Positions 43,707 to 53,776 of a stretch of 64,000 nt of DNA are shown here, one piece after another. Positions within the stretch are counted from its first letter, which is position 1. Every line of letters starts with the position of its first letter. This stretch comes from Candidatus Bathyarchaeota archaeon. GTDB lineage: Archaea; Thermoproteota; Bathyarchaeia; Bathyarchaeales; Bathycorpusculaceae. The DNA lies in assembly GCA_963775685.1 (NCBI GenBank), contig CAVZJV010000014.1, forward strand, positions 768,001 to 832,000, written 5' to 3'. A model generated the notes under the pieces. It did not search any database. It worked only from the letters and a program-made list of their open reading frames with translations, and was not told where the DNA came from. The position numbers and the translations under genes were made by a program.

Positions 43707-43955
43707 TTATGTTTTTTCCGAATGCAGTTTACCAACATAAAACGAATCCTGTCTTTCCTCTACCCACAATGATATTTTTACGAATTTTCCGTTTTTCCTT
43801 CTTTTGAAAACGATTTGGAACCGATTGTCGTCTGAGTATTTGCATTCGCTTGTTGGGCAGTTTAGGGTTATGCCTATTATGACTTCCTCGGAGATGAATC
43901 GGTGTCTTTGTAGCCATCTGTAGGATGCGGGACTTATGAGCACTGGCTTGGTCAT
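43707..43955 (-). CDS. Small basic hypothetical protein
   Basis: 82-aa ORF, divergent from an HTH remnant. Confidence 0.55.
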   Translation of the reverse strand: MTKPVLISPASYRWLQRHRFISEEVIIGITLNCPTSECKYSDDNRFQIVFKRRKNGKFVKISLWVEERQDSFYVGKLHSEKT

Positions 43956-44085
43956 GAGGGTGTTTTATGGTTTTTGGTGTTAATTTGAAAATCGTTTGGA
44001 AGCTTCTAAACGCTTATTAGTATCTTACTTATCTTAATATCTACGGTGACATTCATGAATCAAGCTTTCAGGTGCTCCCGTAGTT

Positions 44086-44656
44086 ATGCACAAAAAGGGG
44101 CGGTTAACCGACTCTGCCGTCTTAAAGGAAATCATGAGGAAACCAGGAACAGCAATTGCTGAAATCGCCGAGAACCTTAAGTGGACAAACGGAAAGGTGA
44201 TGGAAGCGTTAACCGCTTAGTCGCTGAGGGCAAAGCTTCAGTGAAACATAATTTGAAAAGAGGAATACTGGTCAAAACAGTTTATCCTGCAGACTTTGAA
44301 CAAGAAACAGGATAATATGGTACAGATACCAACGGAACTGGTTAATTGTGATCATTGGAGGGAAAAAGCGTTTGTCTATGCTTTGTCTAGGTCAACCATT
44401 GGGATTGCCCCTCATGAAGTAGATGAATGGGGCGTAAAAGCATTTTCTGCGGAGTATGTCTCTGGTTAAGAAAAGCCCTGAAGGTGTTACCCTTAAACTT
44501 TCCGAGCGGCTTGCTGGATTCTATCAGCTGGATAATTCGGAAATCAGCTTGTCAGCCGTCGGAGACCTTGTCTTTGTTACAGTTGAAACTGTCTTGCCTG
44601 TAAAATTTACACCCCTATCTGAGGAAAAATCAAAGTATGCCTTAGCCCAGCACTAA
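44086..44656 (+). pseudogene. Winged-helix DNA-binding protein, frameshifted
   Basis: MHKKGRLTDSAVLKEIMRKPGTAIAEIAENLKWTNGKV / GSVNRLVAEGK..VKTVYP / ..FYQLDNSE. Confidence 0.6.
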
Positions 44657-44749
44657 ATAGCTGAAAAACTTTTTTATTCCTGAAGGGTTGAGCATCTATG
44701 TTTTTGTTTCTGATATTCTTCAACAGGTCGTGGGCAGTTAATTTTGGGC

Positions 44750-45339
44750 AACAAGTTACCCTCTGCCAGTCTACTCTGGAAGACGCCTTATGCTCCCAAA
44801 AATGACGATGCAAGAAATCAACCAGCAACTAAGCACCATCAACCGCATAGTCATCCACCCAAAATACTGAACATTAGGCTTAGGCGCCAAACTTATCCAA
44901 AAAACACTCCCTCAAGCCAACACACCCAACGTTGAGCTAATTGCCGTAATGGCAAAATATTCACCCTTCGCCGAAAAAGCTGGAATGCAAAAAATCGCTG
45001 AACAACAATCAACAGGACCTGTTTCCAAAGTCTCAAAAACCCTTTCGGAGTTGGAATTTGACTTACAGCTCTTAGGGCAGTGAACGCTATGTGCTACAGA
45101 AGCTTGATAGCTTAACTGCTGAACAAACGGGCAAACTTAAAGAAACGTTTATCAGGAGTAATCATCCCAGATTCAAAAGAGAATTTGCCGTTAGCCGACA
45201 TCAACCATTCGGAAAAACATCAGACTATATAAAAAACATTCACAAGGCTAATTTTGAAAAAATGGCAAAGCTAGTAAAGCTTGTTGGAATGCTTCTGCAG
45301 ACTAAGATCTACTTGTTTTGGACCAATCCTGATTTTTAA
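44750..45339 (+). pseudogene. COG2401-type GNAT acetyltransferase remnant
   Basis: SYPLPVYSGRRLMLPKM..INRIVIHPKY*TLGLGAKLI..AVMAKYSPFAEKAGM with an internal stop and frameshift. Confidence 0.7.
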
Positions 45340-45715
45340 ACAAAAGACGTTTTGCATAACGATTATCTTAAATGCAAAGTGCAAACAATAGTTAACCCTA
45401 ATATACCGCACAGGAGTCGACGCTACGCCTATCAAACCAGAAGAAGAAGTCAAACAGTACATCCACGAAGAACAAAAAAGAACAAACAACCCACAAGTTG
45501 GACTAGTTTCTGCGGAAAATGATCCTCAAAATCAGAAGAAAACTTACCAGTTCGATCCTCATTTAGATCCCCCAGCTTCTATGGGCTTGAAAACTTCTAA
45601 CCCCTATATTTGCTGGGGCATAACCCGATGACGATGATGTGACTTTTGATAACTCAAACTTACTCACCTAAAAGAAAAATACTTAATTCTTAAGTTAAGA
45701 GTAATTTAGCTGGGA

Positions 45716-46342
45716 ATGATCTTTCACATGTCAAATCCTGATATTAAAATTGTAGATTTTGGTTGCCATAAAAAGGAAGCTGTATTCGATTCACCAATTC
45801 CTAGTAATAAAGATAATGAAATTCAGAATGAAAGCGAACAAATGAGATGCTTCATGGAACATGTTGCAAAACTAAATGATGACAGGTTGTTAGCTTTAAC
45901 TGCGAACTTACTAATAGAAAATGCGATTGATAACTTTCTTTCAGCAATAATGCCTAACTATGAAAACGAAATATTTGATGATCTTGATTTTACCATAGCT
46001 AAGAAAATAGCAATAGCTAAAGCATTGAACCTTGTTCCAAGAAAGTTTTTTGATAGTGCAAAATTGATTAATGAGATACGGAACAGATTTGCCCATGATG
46101 TAGCAAACAAGTCTTTTTCAGATTTGGACAAATCAAAAATAACAAGAATTGAAAAATTGCTGATGTTATTTAATATTGATGTAACAGCTAATTCTATGGA
46201 TGGAAAATTTAGAATATTGACCTTTTTTACAATTATTGGGTTAAATAGATATGTGTATAGTTTGAGTTTGCTTAACTCTTTTTTAAGGAGCGCAAATTTC
46301 AGTGAAGTTTTAGCACAGTTCAAAGAGAAGATTAAAAAGTAA
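45716..46342 (+). CDS. MtlR/HEPN-like protein with Rx4H motif
   Basis: DDRLLALTANLLIE..KKIAIAKAL..INEIRNRFAH; AT-rich. Confidence 0.6.
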   Translation: MIFHMSNPDIKIVDFGCHKKEAVFDSPIPSNKDNEIQNESEQMRCFMEHVAKLNDDRLLALTANLLIENAIDNFLSAIMPNYENEIFDDLDFTIAKKIAIAKALNLVPRKFFDSAKLINEIRNRFAHDVANKSFSDLDKSKITRIEKLLMLFNIDVTANSMDGKFRILTFFTIIGLNRYVYSLSLLNSFLRSANFSEVLAQFKEKIKK

Positions 46343-46417
46343 CAGATATCACAATTGACAAAGAAGCATCAGAACCAAAAATAGTCCCTTTTAGTATTCT
46401 GATAAAGGGAATAACCG

Positions 46418-46783
46418 ATGAGCAAACGCAAAGATGAGTTTGAGAACTTAATTGAAAGGATTGAAGATTTATCAAGCAAATTATCGGTTCTTTCCAGCGG
46501 TATTGAGGAACTAAAAAAAGTTAATTCTAAGACTGAATCAAAATTTAAAGAAACCAATAGACAACTGTTTTGGGCTGGTGCAATGTTGGGAATTGTTGGA
46601 GGAATATTAGGCGGTCTGTATAATTCTTATTTGATGAAACTTTATGATTTTCAAAATGTTCCCTATTATGCATGGGTGCTTTCAACAATATTTGTAGCTT
46701 CGCTTGTTGGAATTTTTTTATTTCTAATGTGGAAATTAGCTTTCAACAAAACTCTAAACAAGTCTAACCGAGACAACAAGTAG
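46418..46783 (+). CDS. Coiled-coil + two-TM membrane protein
   Basis: Heptad-like N-terminus and two hydrophobic helices. Confidence 0.65.
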   Translation: MSKRKDEFENLIERIEDLSSKLSVLSSGIEELKKVNSKTESKFKETNRQLFWAGAMLGIVGGILGGLYNSYLMKLYDFQNVPYYAWVLSTIFVASLVGIFLFLMWKLAFNKTLNKSNRDNK

Positions 46784-47775
46784 AATTATTAAACTTCTTT
46801 TTCCTTGAAATAACCTCCCATCTACCTTAGAATTGATCCTGCTGTTTTCTTCAAAGACTAGTGGAGTTAGGCTTTAAGGATGAGCATGCAAAAGAAATTG
46901 TGGGTTGGCTGCAGGTTATTTCGGATACGAAAATCGGTGGTCAATCGGGGCGTTCGTTTCTTGCTGGAAAGCGACTAGGGTGATAAAGGGATGTTTGGCA
47001 TAATTGGCAGTCGGGTTTTGGATGAACCGAACTATTACTATTTGGTTCAGCATACCGTAGGCATATATTTTAATGTTGGAAGCAAGGGTTTCATTGCAAA
47101 TTACAAAAAATACGTGGATTTTTGCGTCAAAAAAACCCGTCACGGTTCAAATTGGATAGAGACTTACGAAAAGACCAGTTTTTTTAAGGCGTTCATAGTC
47201 AGCTATCTTTGTTATCCATCTTAGCTCGATTTTTCGGAGCAAAAAGATTACTTTTACTCACCTCTCCACTGCGCAAGAAGGTTGTTGAACAATTTAACTT
47301 ATAAGGAATTTGAGCTGATGTTTTTGCCCCCGAGGAATTTCCTATGAAACAGAACTCAGATTGTTTGGAAGTATAGCTGGTTATGGGTAAGACTGCTGAA
47401 TCTTTTTCGGAATAGCTTTGAAGGGAGTAATCAACACATGAAGGCTTGTACACTGCGCAGATGTTAGAAATAATAGGCAACAAAAGGTTAACAAATTAAC
47501 TATAATATTTATTTCGAAATTTTAAAAAATCAGAAATTGTTTTCCATTTAGTGTCAACTATCATAGGTATTAGTGAGTTTGTTACTCCTGCTGGCTATCT
47601 TACGTGTAACTTTATTATTTCTTTTAGTTTGTCGAGAGTTAGTGCTTTGATTTTGAATATAAGTCATATACGCCGTATAGGCATGTGCTTCTTCAACGCC
47701 CAATATTCGACAACAAAGCGTCGCTTCAGATGATAAATTTATTAGCTCTCAGTTACTAACAAAAGAGTAAGGTGA

Positions 47776-48225
47776 TTGTTTTTGGGAGTTAAAGAAAACC
47801 TAGAGTTAATGAAAACTCTTGATGACGCCTGGAACGCAGGACCCAACAGCCCATTATGGGAGACTTTTAAGAAACGCCACCGAGAAGACGTCAAAGTGTA
47901 CTGGCCAGCCCAACCTCTTCCCACTGTTGGACGCCACAACCACGACGTCGAAGCCACGGAATTCTTCAAAACATTCGACAACAAACTAGCCAACAACCCA
48001 TACAAGATCATATTCGGCGACGGAGATCACACATGCACCGTTGCCGATTGGACCGTAACGATGAAGGGACCCATGAAAGGCGCAGACGGAAAAATGATTC
48101 CGCCAACTGGAAAAACAGCGAAGCTCGAATTCTGCACAGTTGCCACATGGAAAGACAGCGAAATCGTTGAAGAACGATTATTCTACGATGTTGTCGGTTT
48201 CATGAAGCAACTTGGCCTTATGTGA
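47776..48225 (+). CDS. SnoaL-like/ester cyclase family protein
   Basis: MKGPMKGADGKMIPPTGK..EIVEERLFYD..MKQLGL. Confidence 0.85.
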   Translation: MFLGVKENLELMKTLDDAWNAGPNSPLWETFKKRHREDVKVYWPAQPLPTVGRHNHDVEATEFFKTFDNKLANNPYKIIFGDGDHTCTVADWTVTMKGPMKGADGKMIPPTGKTAKLEFCTVATWKDSEIVEERLFYDVVGFMKQLGLM

Positions 48226-48299
48226 GGACCAAATCTTTTTTTAGTATTTTTGAGAATCGTTATTTACTGCTTTCAGTTATGTATTTATAGAAGTGGTTT

Positions 48300-49158
48300 T
48301 TGTTGGAAAGAAAAGTCGAAAAGATTTTGGAACGAAGACTAACTCTTGAAGGCGCAGGAGTGAAACTAAGACGTGTTCTAGGCAATGATGATGACTCCAC
48401 GCTTGATCCGTTTCTGCTCTTAGACCATTTTGGATCAGATAACCCTAAAGACTACATCAAAGGGTTTTCCTTGGCATCCACATAGAGGAATGGAAACAGT
48501 CACTTACATGTGGACAGGCGAGGTTGAACATGGCGACAGCATGGGCAACAAAGGCGTAATCAAATCTGGAGATGTGCAGTGGATGACTGCCGGGTCAGGC
48601 ATTATCCATCAAGAAATGCCCCAAAAATACGACGGAATAATGCAGGGATTTCAGCTCTGGGTAAATCTGCCAGCTAAAAAGAAGATGACTGACCCAAAAT
48701 ATCGAGGGATAACAAAAGACCAAATACCCACGATCGAGAAAGACGGTCAAACAATTAAAGTCATAGCGGGTAAAATAGAGGGAATTGAAGGACCAGTTCG
48801 AGACCTATCCACTGAAACAGAATATTTTGACATTGAATTAGCTGTTGGAAAAGAATTTCAGCACTTAACACACAAAAATCTTACCGTTTTTAGTTACATC
48901 ATAAACGGATCAGTCGAAGTTCATGATCAGAAAATTAAAAGCGGACAATGCGCGGTTTTCAGTCGAGGCGATTCAGTTAAAATTTCAAGCCTAAACGGTG
49001 CTCGATTTCTTTTTGTCGCAGGTGAACCATTAAACGAGCCAGTTGCTTGGAGAGGACCAATTGTGATGAACACCGAAGAAGAATTGGACAAAGCGTTCGA
49101 AGAACTCGACGAGGGAACATTCATCAAGAGCCACATTCCCCTTCGCGCACTAGCTTAA
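48300..49158 (+). pseudogene. Pirin, one frameshift at ~48462 (possibly a sequencing error)
   Basis: EGAGVKLRR..LDPFLLLDHF / GFPWHPHRGMETVTY, WMTAGSGIIHQE, GFQLWVNLP, GPIVMNT. Confidence 0.85.
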
Positions 49159-49212
49159 CTATAACGAAAAGACTTTTTTACTAATTCATCGAATATCGAA
49201 TTTGGTGCAAAT

Positions 49213-50067
49213 ATGTCAAAATTCCAAGTATACAAGGATGCGGCATCCAAATTTCGTTTTCGCCTACGAGCAGACAACAACAAAATCATAGTGATAGGAG
49301 AGGCATACGAACAATACAAAAGTTGCATAAACGGAATTAGAAGCATTCAAAAAAATGCCAAAGCGTCAATTGAAGACATCACAGTTGAAGGACAACGAGT
49401 TTCTAACCCAAAATTCCAAATCTACAAAGACAACGCAGGAAAATTTAGGTTTCATCTATTTGCAAGAAACGGAAAAATCATAGCTGATAGCAGCGAAGGA
49501 TACGAAACAAAAGAAGCTTGCCTCAACGGTATTGATGTAGTGGGGCAAAGTAGCACAGCTGAAATCAAGGATCTAACTGACTCTGAAGGATCAAAGGTAA
49601 CAAAAACAGAAGATGTTGCACCAACGATGTCTGCAGAAATGAAGACACCCCAAAGTATTGAGATGTCTAAACCTGAAGTGATCAAAAGGGATAGAGAAGA
49701 TGAAATATTAGCTGAGTTAAAGAAGATTAGTTCAGCTTTAGAAAAAGCTCCACCGCCAACTCCGCCGAAAGGTTTTGTGAACGAGTTTAAGGATTTTCTA
49801 TCGAAGTACAAAATCTTTGGTTTGGCGGTTGCTTTTATCTTGGCTTTGTATGCTGGCATTTTAGTTCAGGCGCTTGTTAAGGACTTCATTATTCCGCTCC
49901 TGGGCTTAGTTATTCCGGGTATGTCTGATTTAGCTACGTATTCCGCTACTGTGCTTAGTCAAGTGTTTGGTATAGGTGACTTTCTGATAGCGTTGATTAC
50001 ATTCATTGTAGTTGCTTTAGTGGTATTCGTTGTTGTGAAAGTAGCTAAGAAATGGCGCATAGAATAA
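49213..50067 (+). CDS. mscL: Fusion of tandem DUF1508 (YegP-like) domains and MscL-family channel
   Basis: Two KFQxYKD..KFRF.L.A.N.KII..E.Y repeats; C-terminal EFKDFLSKYKIFGLAVAFIL..LVKDFIIP..GDFLIALITF. Confidence 0.8.
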   Translation: MSKFQVYKDAASKFRFRLRADNNKIIVIGEAYEQYKSCINGIRSIQKNAKASIEDITVEGQRVSNPKFQIYKDNAGKFRFHLFARNGKIIADSSEGYETKEACLNGIDVVGQSSTAEIKDLTDSEGSKVTKTEDVAPTMSAEMKTPQSIEMSKPEVIKRDREDEILAELKKISSALEKAPPPTPPKGFVNEFKDFLSKYKIFGLAVAFILALYAGILVQALVKDFIIPLLGLVIPGMSDLATYSATVLSQVFGIGDFLIALITFIVVALVVFVVVKVAKKWRIE

Positions 50068-50448
50068 ACTCCCTTCTTTCTTTTTTTATTCAACTAAATT
50101 AATTCTATTTGAAAAAACGTAGGCACAATGCGAGAAAGATAACGTCCACAAAGCCCGTTGTAGTCAAGTGTAATTTTGATTTTTCCCATTTCATACTTTG
50201 AGCCGAAGGTTCACTTTCAATTTGCTCTCCAATGACGGCAAACGTCGTTTGTCCATTTGCCTTAAATACATTTTAAGCTGATTCTTAAGCCCCCAAGGGA
50301 TGCACAATGAAAGTGTAATCAGATTATTTGGAGGCTTAGCAGGTTATGGGTAAGACCATTCCATCTTATCGGATGGCTTTGGAATTTGAAATTGGAGGTT
50401 CAACTCTCAAGCCAACAATTTAATAATGCGTTTACGAGGAACATCTCT

Positions 50449-50856
50449 ATGTCATTAGAAGAAAATAAGGCAATTGTTCGCAGATTGGCTAAAGCCATTA
50501 ACGAGAACGACTTAGCCTTGTTTGATGATTTAATAGCATCCGACTTTGTTGACCGTGACCTTCATGTGAAAAGTTTGGAAGGCTTCAAGAAATATGAGAC
50601 TATATGGGCCAAAGGTTTTCCTGATATGCATCTGACTATTGAAGACATAATTGCTGAAGGGGATAAGGTGTGGATTAGACTTAAAGGTACGGCGACGCAC
50701 ACTGGCGAATTTCGCGGATTAGCCCCTACGGGTAAGAAGGTTACATTTAAGAGTTTTATGATTTGGCGTATCGTTGATGGCAAGATTGCGGAACGAGAGG
50801 CACAGGTATGGGATTTTATGGAGTCCTTCAGACAGATAGGTGTTATTGAATACTAA
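50449..50856 (+). CDS. Ester cyclase (SnoaL-like) protein
   Basis: MSLEENKAIVRR..FPDMHLTIEDIIAEGDKVW..THTGEFRGLAPTGK; start set at ATG 50449. Confidence 0.88.
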   Translation: MSLEENKAIVRRLAKAINENDLALFDDLIASDFVDRDLHVKSLEGFKKYETIWAKGFPDMHLTIEDIIAEGDKVWIRLKGTATHTGEFRGLAPTGKKVTFKSFMIWRIVDGKIAEREAQVWDFMESFRQIGVIEY

Positions 50857-51172
50857 GGGTTTCCTAACGAAGCCATATAACTCAACAACCATGAGTGTTC
50901 CGCTTCAACGCAAGTCTCCAATAGAATACTTCATATCGGAAGAAAACTTGATTAATGGACTAAGGCAGGACTAACGAGTTGCTTGATATAAATAAGGTAA
51001 AAATGACCGGGTGAGATTTGAGTTCATTTGAGTTCAGACCCCAAGATCCAAAAACTGGAGGTGGATCTTCAATTTCTCGGCCCAGGTTAAAAATCCGAAT
51101 CCCGATAACCTACTTCTGAGGAAATTATTTAAAGACTAAAAAAGGGGAAAGATGGTTTTTTGTATGGCATTC

Positions 51173-53776
51173 TTATGGTCGTTTTCTGAGCATTAACAAT
51201 GCTAGCACTAAGCCGACTATGATGATGACAACGATTATGGCTACAACTGATGGAACAAAGTATTGGTCAGCCATCGATGGTGCTTCAGTAGCAACTGGCG
51301 CCGCGGTTGGCGCTAGATTTGCAGCGTTAAAGTGTGCCTCAGCAGATGACGGATAATATGATTCTGAACCTGCGAAGTTAGCAATCACAGTAAAGTCGCC
51401 AGAGATATCAGGAGTCCAAGTTAATGCAAATGTACCACTTACGTCGCTGGTTGTGCTTCCTATTTGTCTAAAGTTTCCATTTGAATCAATAACGTTTATG
51501 GTCACTGGAACACCGGTAACGTTTGTTGGCATTGGTTGCTGCTGATATACTGTTTCCATGAATTGACTCATGCTTGCATCAGATACACATGGTAAACCAT
51601 TGGGGAAGTTAGCTGCTACTGCATTTTGGTTTGTGCCGGCGGAAATGTCGGTTATTGTACCGCTGATGGTTATGGCTGTTGAAGTTGTCACACCAACGTT
51701 GGGGGCAGTGACCGTTAATTTGCTTGGTCCTTTACCATAGGAGTATATTTGATTGTCATAGCCGTTAAACCAAACCATATAGCCGTCAGCAACAGCGGGT
51801 GAGCTGCCAATGTCAAAGCTTAAGCTATCCCAGATTAAGTCGCCAGTTGTAGCATTTAGGCAGTAGAGTTTTGCACCTTTAAACACCGGTGGCGTATAGT
51901 CGTGTCCAGCTCTTACGTAAATTTTATCGTCTGCAATAATGTAGTGTGACCACCAAGTACCTAATGGCCAGGTGCCATATGGCGTGTCAATTCCAGCATT
52001 ACCTGATGTCCAATACCACTTAAGGGTCCCAGTTGTAGCATCATAACAATATACTGCGCCGCCTAGTCCCCAAGTGTAGAAGTTGCCATTGCCAAATGCG
52101 CCGTTGCCGCTGAAATCATAGTAACCCCATGAACTGTTTTCTGGTGGAGTTGTCCATAGTTTCTCGCCTGTCGTTATGTCATAACCAGTCCAGGTCATAG
52201 TCTGTTGAGAGTATTCAGCGTATTTGCCATCACCTGCCTGTATGACAACAGTGGTAAATGGTGTTAGTGTTCTGTTTACTGGTCCCCATAGCAGTTGTCC
52301 TGTGCTTGCACTGTAGCCAGCGTCAATCTCATACCCCAATTGAGCGCCTCCAGGTGGTCCTGTGAATATTCCTCCCGGGATTGCGGTTGTCAGCACTACA
52401 TCATCTGTAACTTTAGAAACAGCTAGTCCAGGAATTATTGGAACACCACTAATATTGGTGGCTAATGGAATACTCCATTGGTATCCAACATTCCAATCGA
52501 TTGTTGCTCCTTGGGGCGGTCGCCAGATTTCAGCAGAGCTATAGGTCAAATAATACAGGTTTTTCTGAGAGCCAGCTGCAATGCATTTGGTTGAGTTCCA
52601 CATATTCAACATACCGTTCGCTACAGTGTAACTTAGTATTTCGCCGTTTGGACCCTCAACAAGCGTTCCAGAGCTTACGTTGGCTATATTGAGTATCCAA
52701 GCGCCAGTCATAGCATCGTACATTTCCCAGTTACTTCCAGCTGGATAAGGAATGAATCCAATCGTCGCAGGTGCACAGAACAAGTAGGCATGGCCTCCAT
52801 ATTGATCTCCCGTTACGAAATTAAGTATCATTCCGCATTTTAGTGGAGTGGTAATATTTCTCTCCCAAACAGTTTCGCCAGTTCGCATATTCACAGCTTT
52901 CAAACCTGTCGGATTATTGCCAGCGCCCGGATATTCAGTGTAGTAGAGGATTCCGTTGAGAATAACTGCGCCAAACTTGGTTTCATAAGCGGTTCCCGTA
53001 GCGTAAAGACCAGTTTCTGAACTGCCAAATTCCCCTCCAACTTGACCTCCGAAAGCTTCTGGCAGAGTCCACATAACGTGTGCACTATTTGGAGCTGTTG
53101 TGTATGGATCATAATTGCCGTTGTTTGCATAAAGTCCCGTTGCGCCAAAGTTAGTTGCTCCAAGTCCAAGCCAATTACCACTGATTGAAGCCCATTCTCT
53201 ATTCATTGAGCTTATTGGACGTGTCCAGTAATTGGTTGGAAGCGGATTAGGTGTATATGTCAGGCTTATTGGATCTTGCTGAACTGTAAGCGTTGCGCTT
53301 GCACTGCTAGCCAGATAAGTATCATTTAAGTAATCAAGCCCAAGAGGAACAAAGCCAGCACCGAAAGGATAGGGATTTTCATTTAGAGCTACTTGCCCTA
53401 GATATTCAACGTAAAATTTGTATGTTCCAGCGACAGTAGGTGTATATCGTGTTGAAGCTCCGCCGTTAACATCTGAGTTGAAGCTTCCCAGCGTTTCATT
53501 TGTTCCGTCAGGCTTTGTTACGGTGACTTTCATGTTGTGCCATCTTGAGCCCCATTGGCCTTCGGCTCCAATTGGAACTTTATCAAGCCAGAATGCGACA
53601 GTTGTCTGTTGTCCAACTCCTATTGGGTTTGGTGCAACAACCATAAAGGCATAGGTTGGAACTTGCCATGGAGGCGTGTGTGCACTAGTGGTTGGAAGAA
53701 GCATTATTGAAGTGGGTAAAGAGAGCATAAAAAGCATTGTAATGCCAATTGCAAAGAATTTGTTTAATTTTTTCAT
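51173..53776 (-). CDS. Secreted PQQ-like beta-propeller surface protein (paralog 4)
   Basis: AHTPPWQVPTYAF, NGYDNQIYSYGKGP, MADQYFVP-TM-RKRP. Confidence 0.85.
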   Translation of the reverse strand: MKKLNKFFAIGITMLFMLSLPTSIMLLPTTSAHTPPWQVPTYAFMVVAPNPIGVGQQTTVAFWLDKVPIGAEGQWGSRWHNMKVTVTKPDGTNETLGSFNSDVNGGASTRYTPTVAGTYKFYVEYLGQVALNENPYPFGAGFVPLGLDYLNDTYLASSASATLTVQQDPISLTYTPNPLPTNYWTRPISSMNREWASISGNWLGLGATNFGATGLYANNGNYDPYTTAPNSAHVMWTLPEAFGGQVGGEFGSSETGLYATGTAYETKFGAVILNGILYYTEYPGAGNNPTGLKAVNMRTGETVWERNITTPLKCGMILNFVTGDQYGGHAYLFCAPATIGFIPYPAGSNWEMYDAMTGAWILNIANVSSGTLVEGPNGEILSYTVANGMLNMWNSTKCIAAGSQKNLYYLTYSSAEIWRPPQGATIDWNVGYQWSIPLATNISGVPIIPGLAVSKVTDDVVLTTAIPGGIFTGPPGGAQLGYEIDAGYSASTGQLLWGPVNRTLTPFTTVVIQAGDGKYAEYSQQTMTWTGYDITTGEKLWTTPPENSSWGYYDFSGNGAFGNGNFYTWGLGGAVYCYDATTGTLKWYWTSGNAGIDTPYGTWPLGTWWSHYIIADDKIYVRAGHDYTPPVFKGAKLYCLNATTGDLIWDSLSFDIGSSPAVADGYMVWFNGYDNQIYSYGKGPSKLTVTAPNVGVTTSTAITISGTITDISAGTNQNAVAANFPNGLPCVSDASMSQFMETVYQQQPMPTNVTGVPVTINVIDSNGNFRQIGSTTSDVSGTFALTWTPDISGDFTVIANFAGSESYYPSSAEAHFNAANLAPTAAPVATEAPSMADQYFVPSVVAIIVVIIIVGLVLALLMLRKRP

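Noticed and set aside
12755-51060. Scattered AAACTGG words as recombination scars
   Set aside because: A 7-mer is expected several times by chance in 64 kb; only the 12-mer copies were kept.
21130-53776. Diversity-generating retroelement acting on the propeller paralogs
   Set aside because: No reverse transcriptase and no template/variable repeat pair differing only at adenines was seen.
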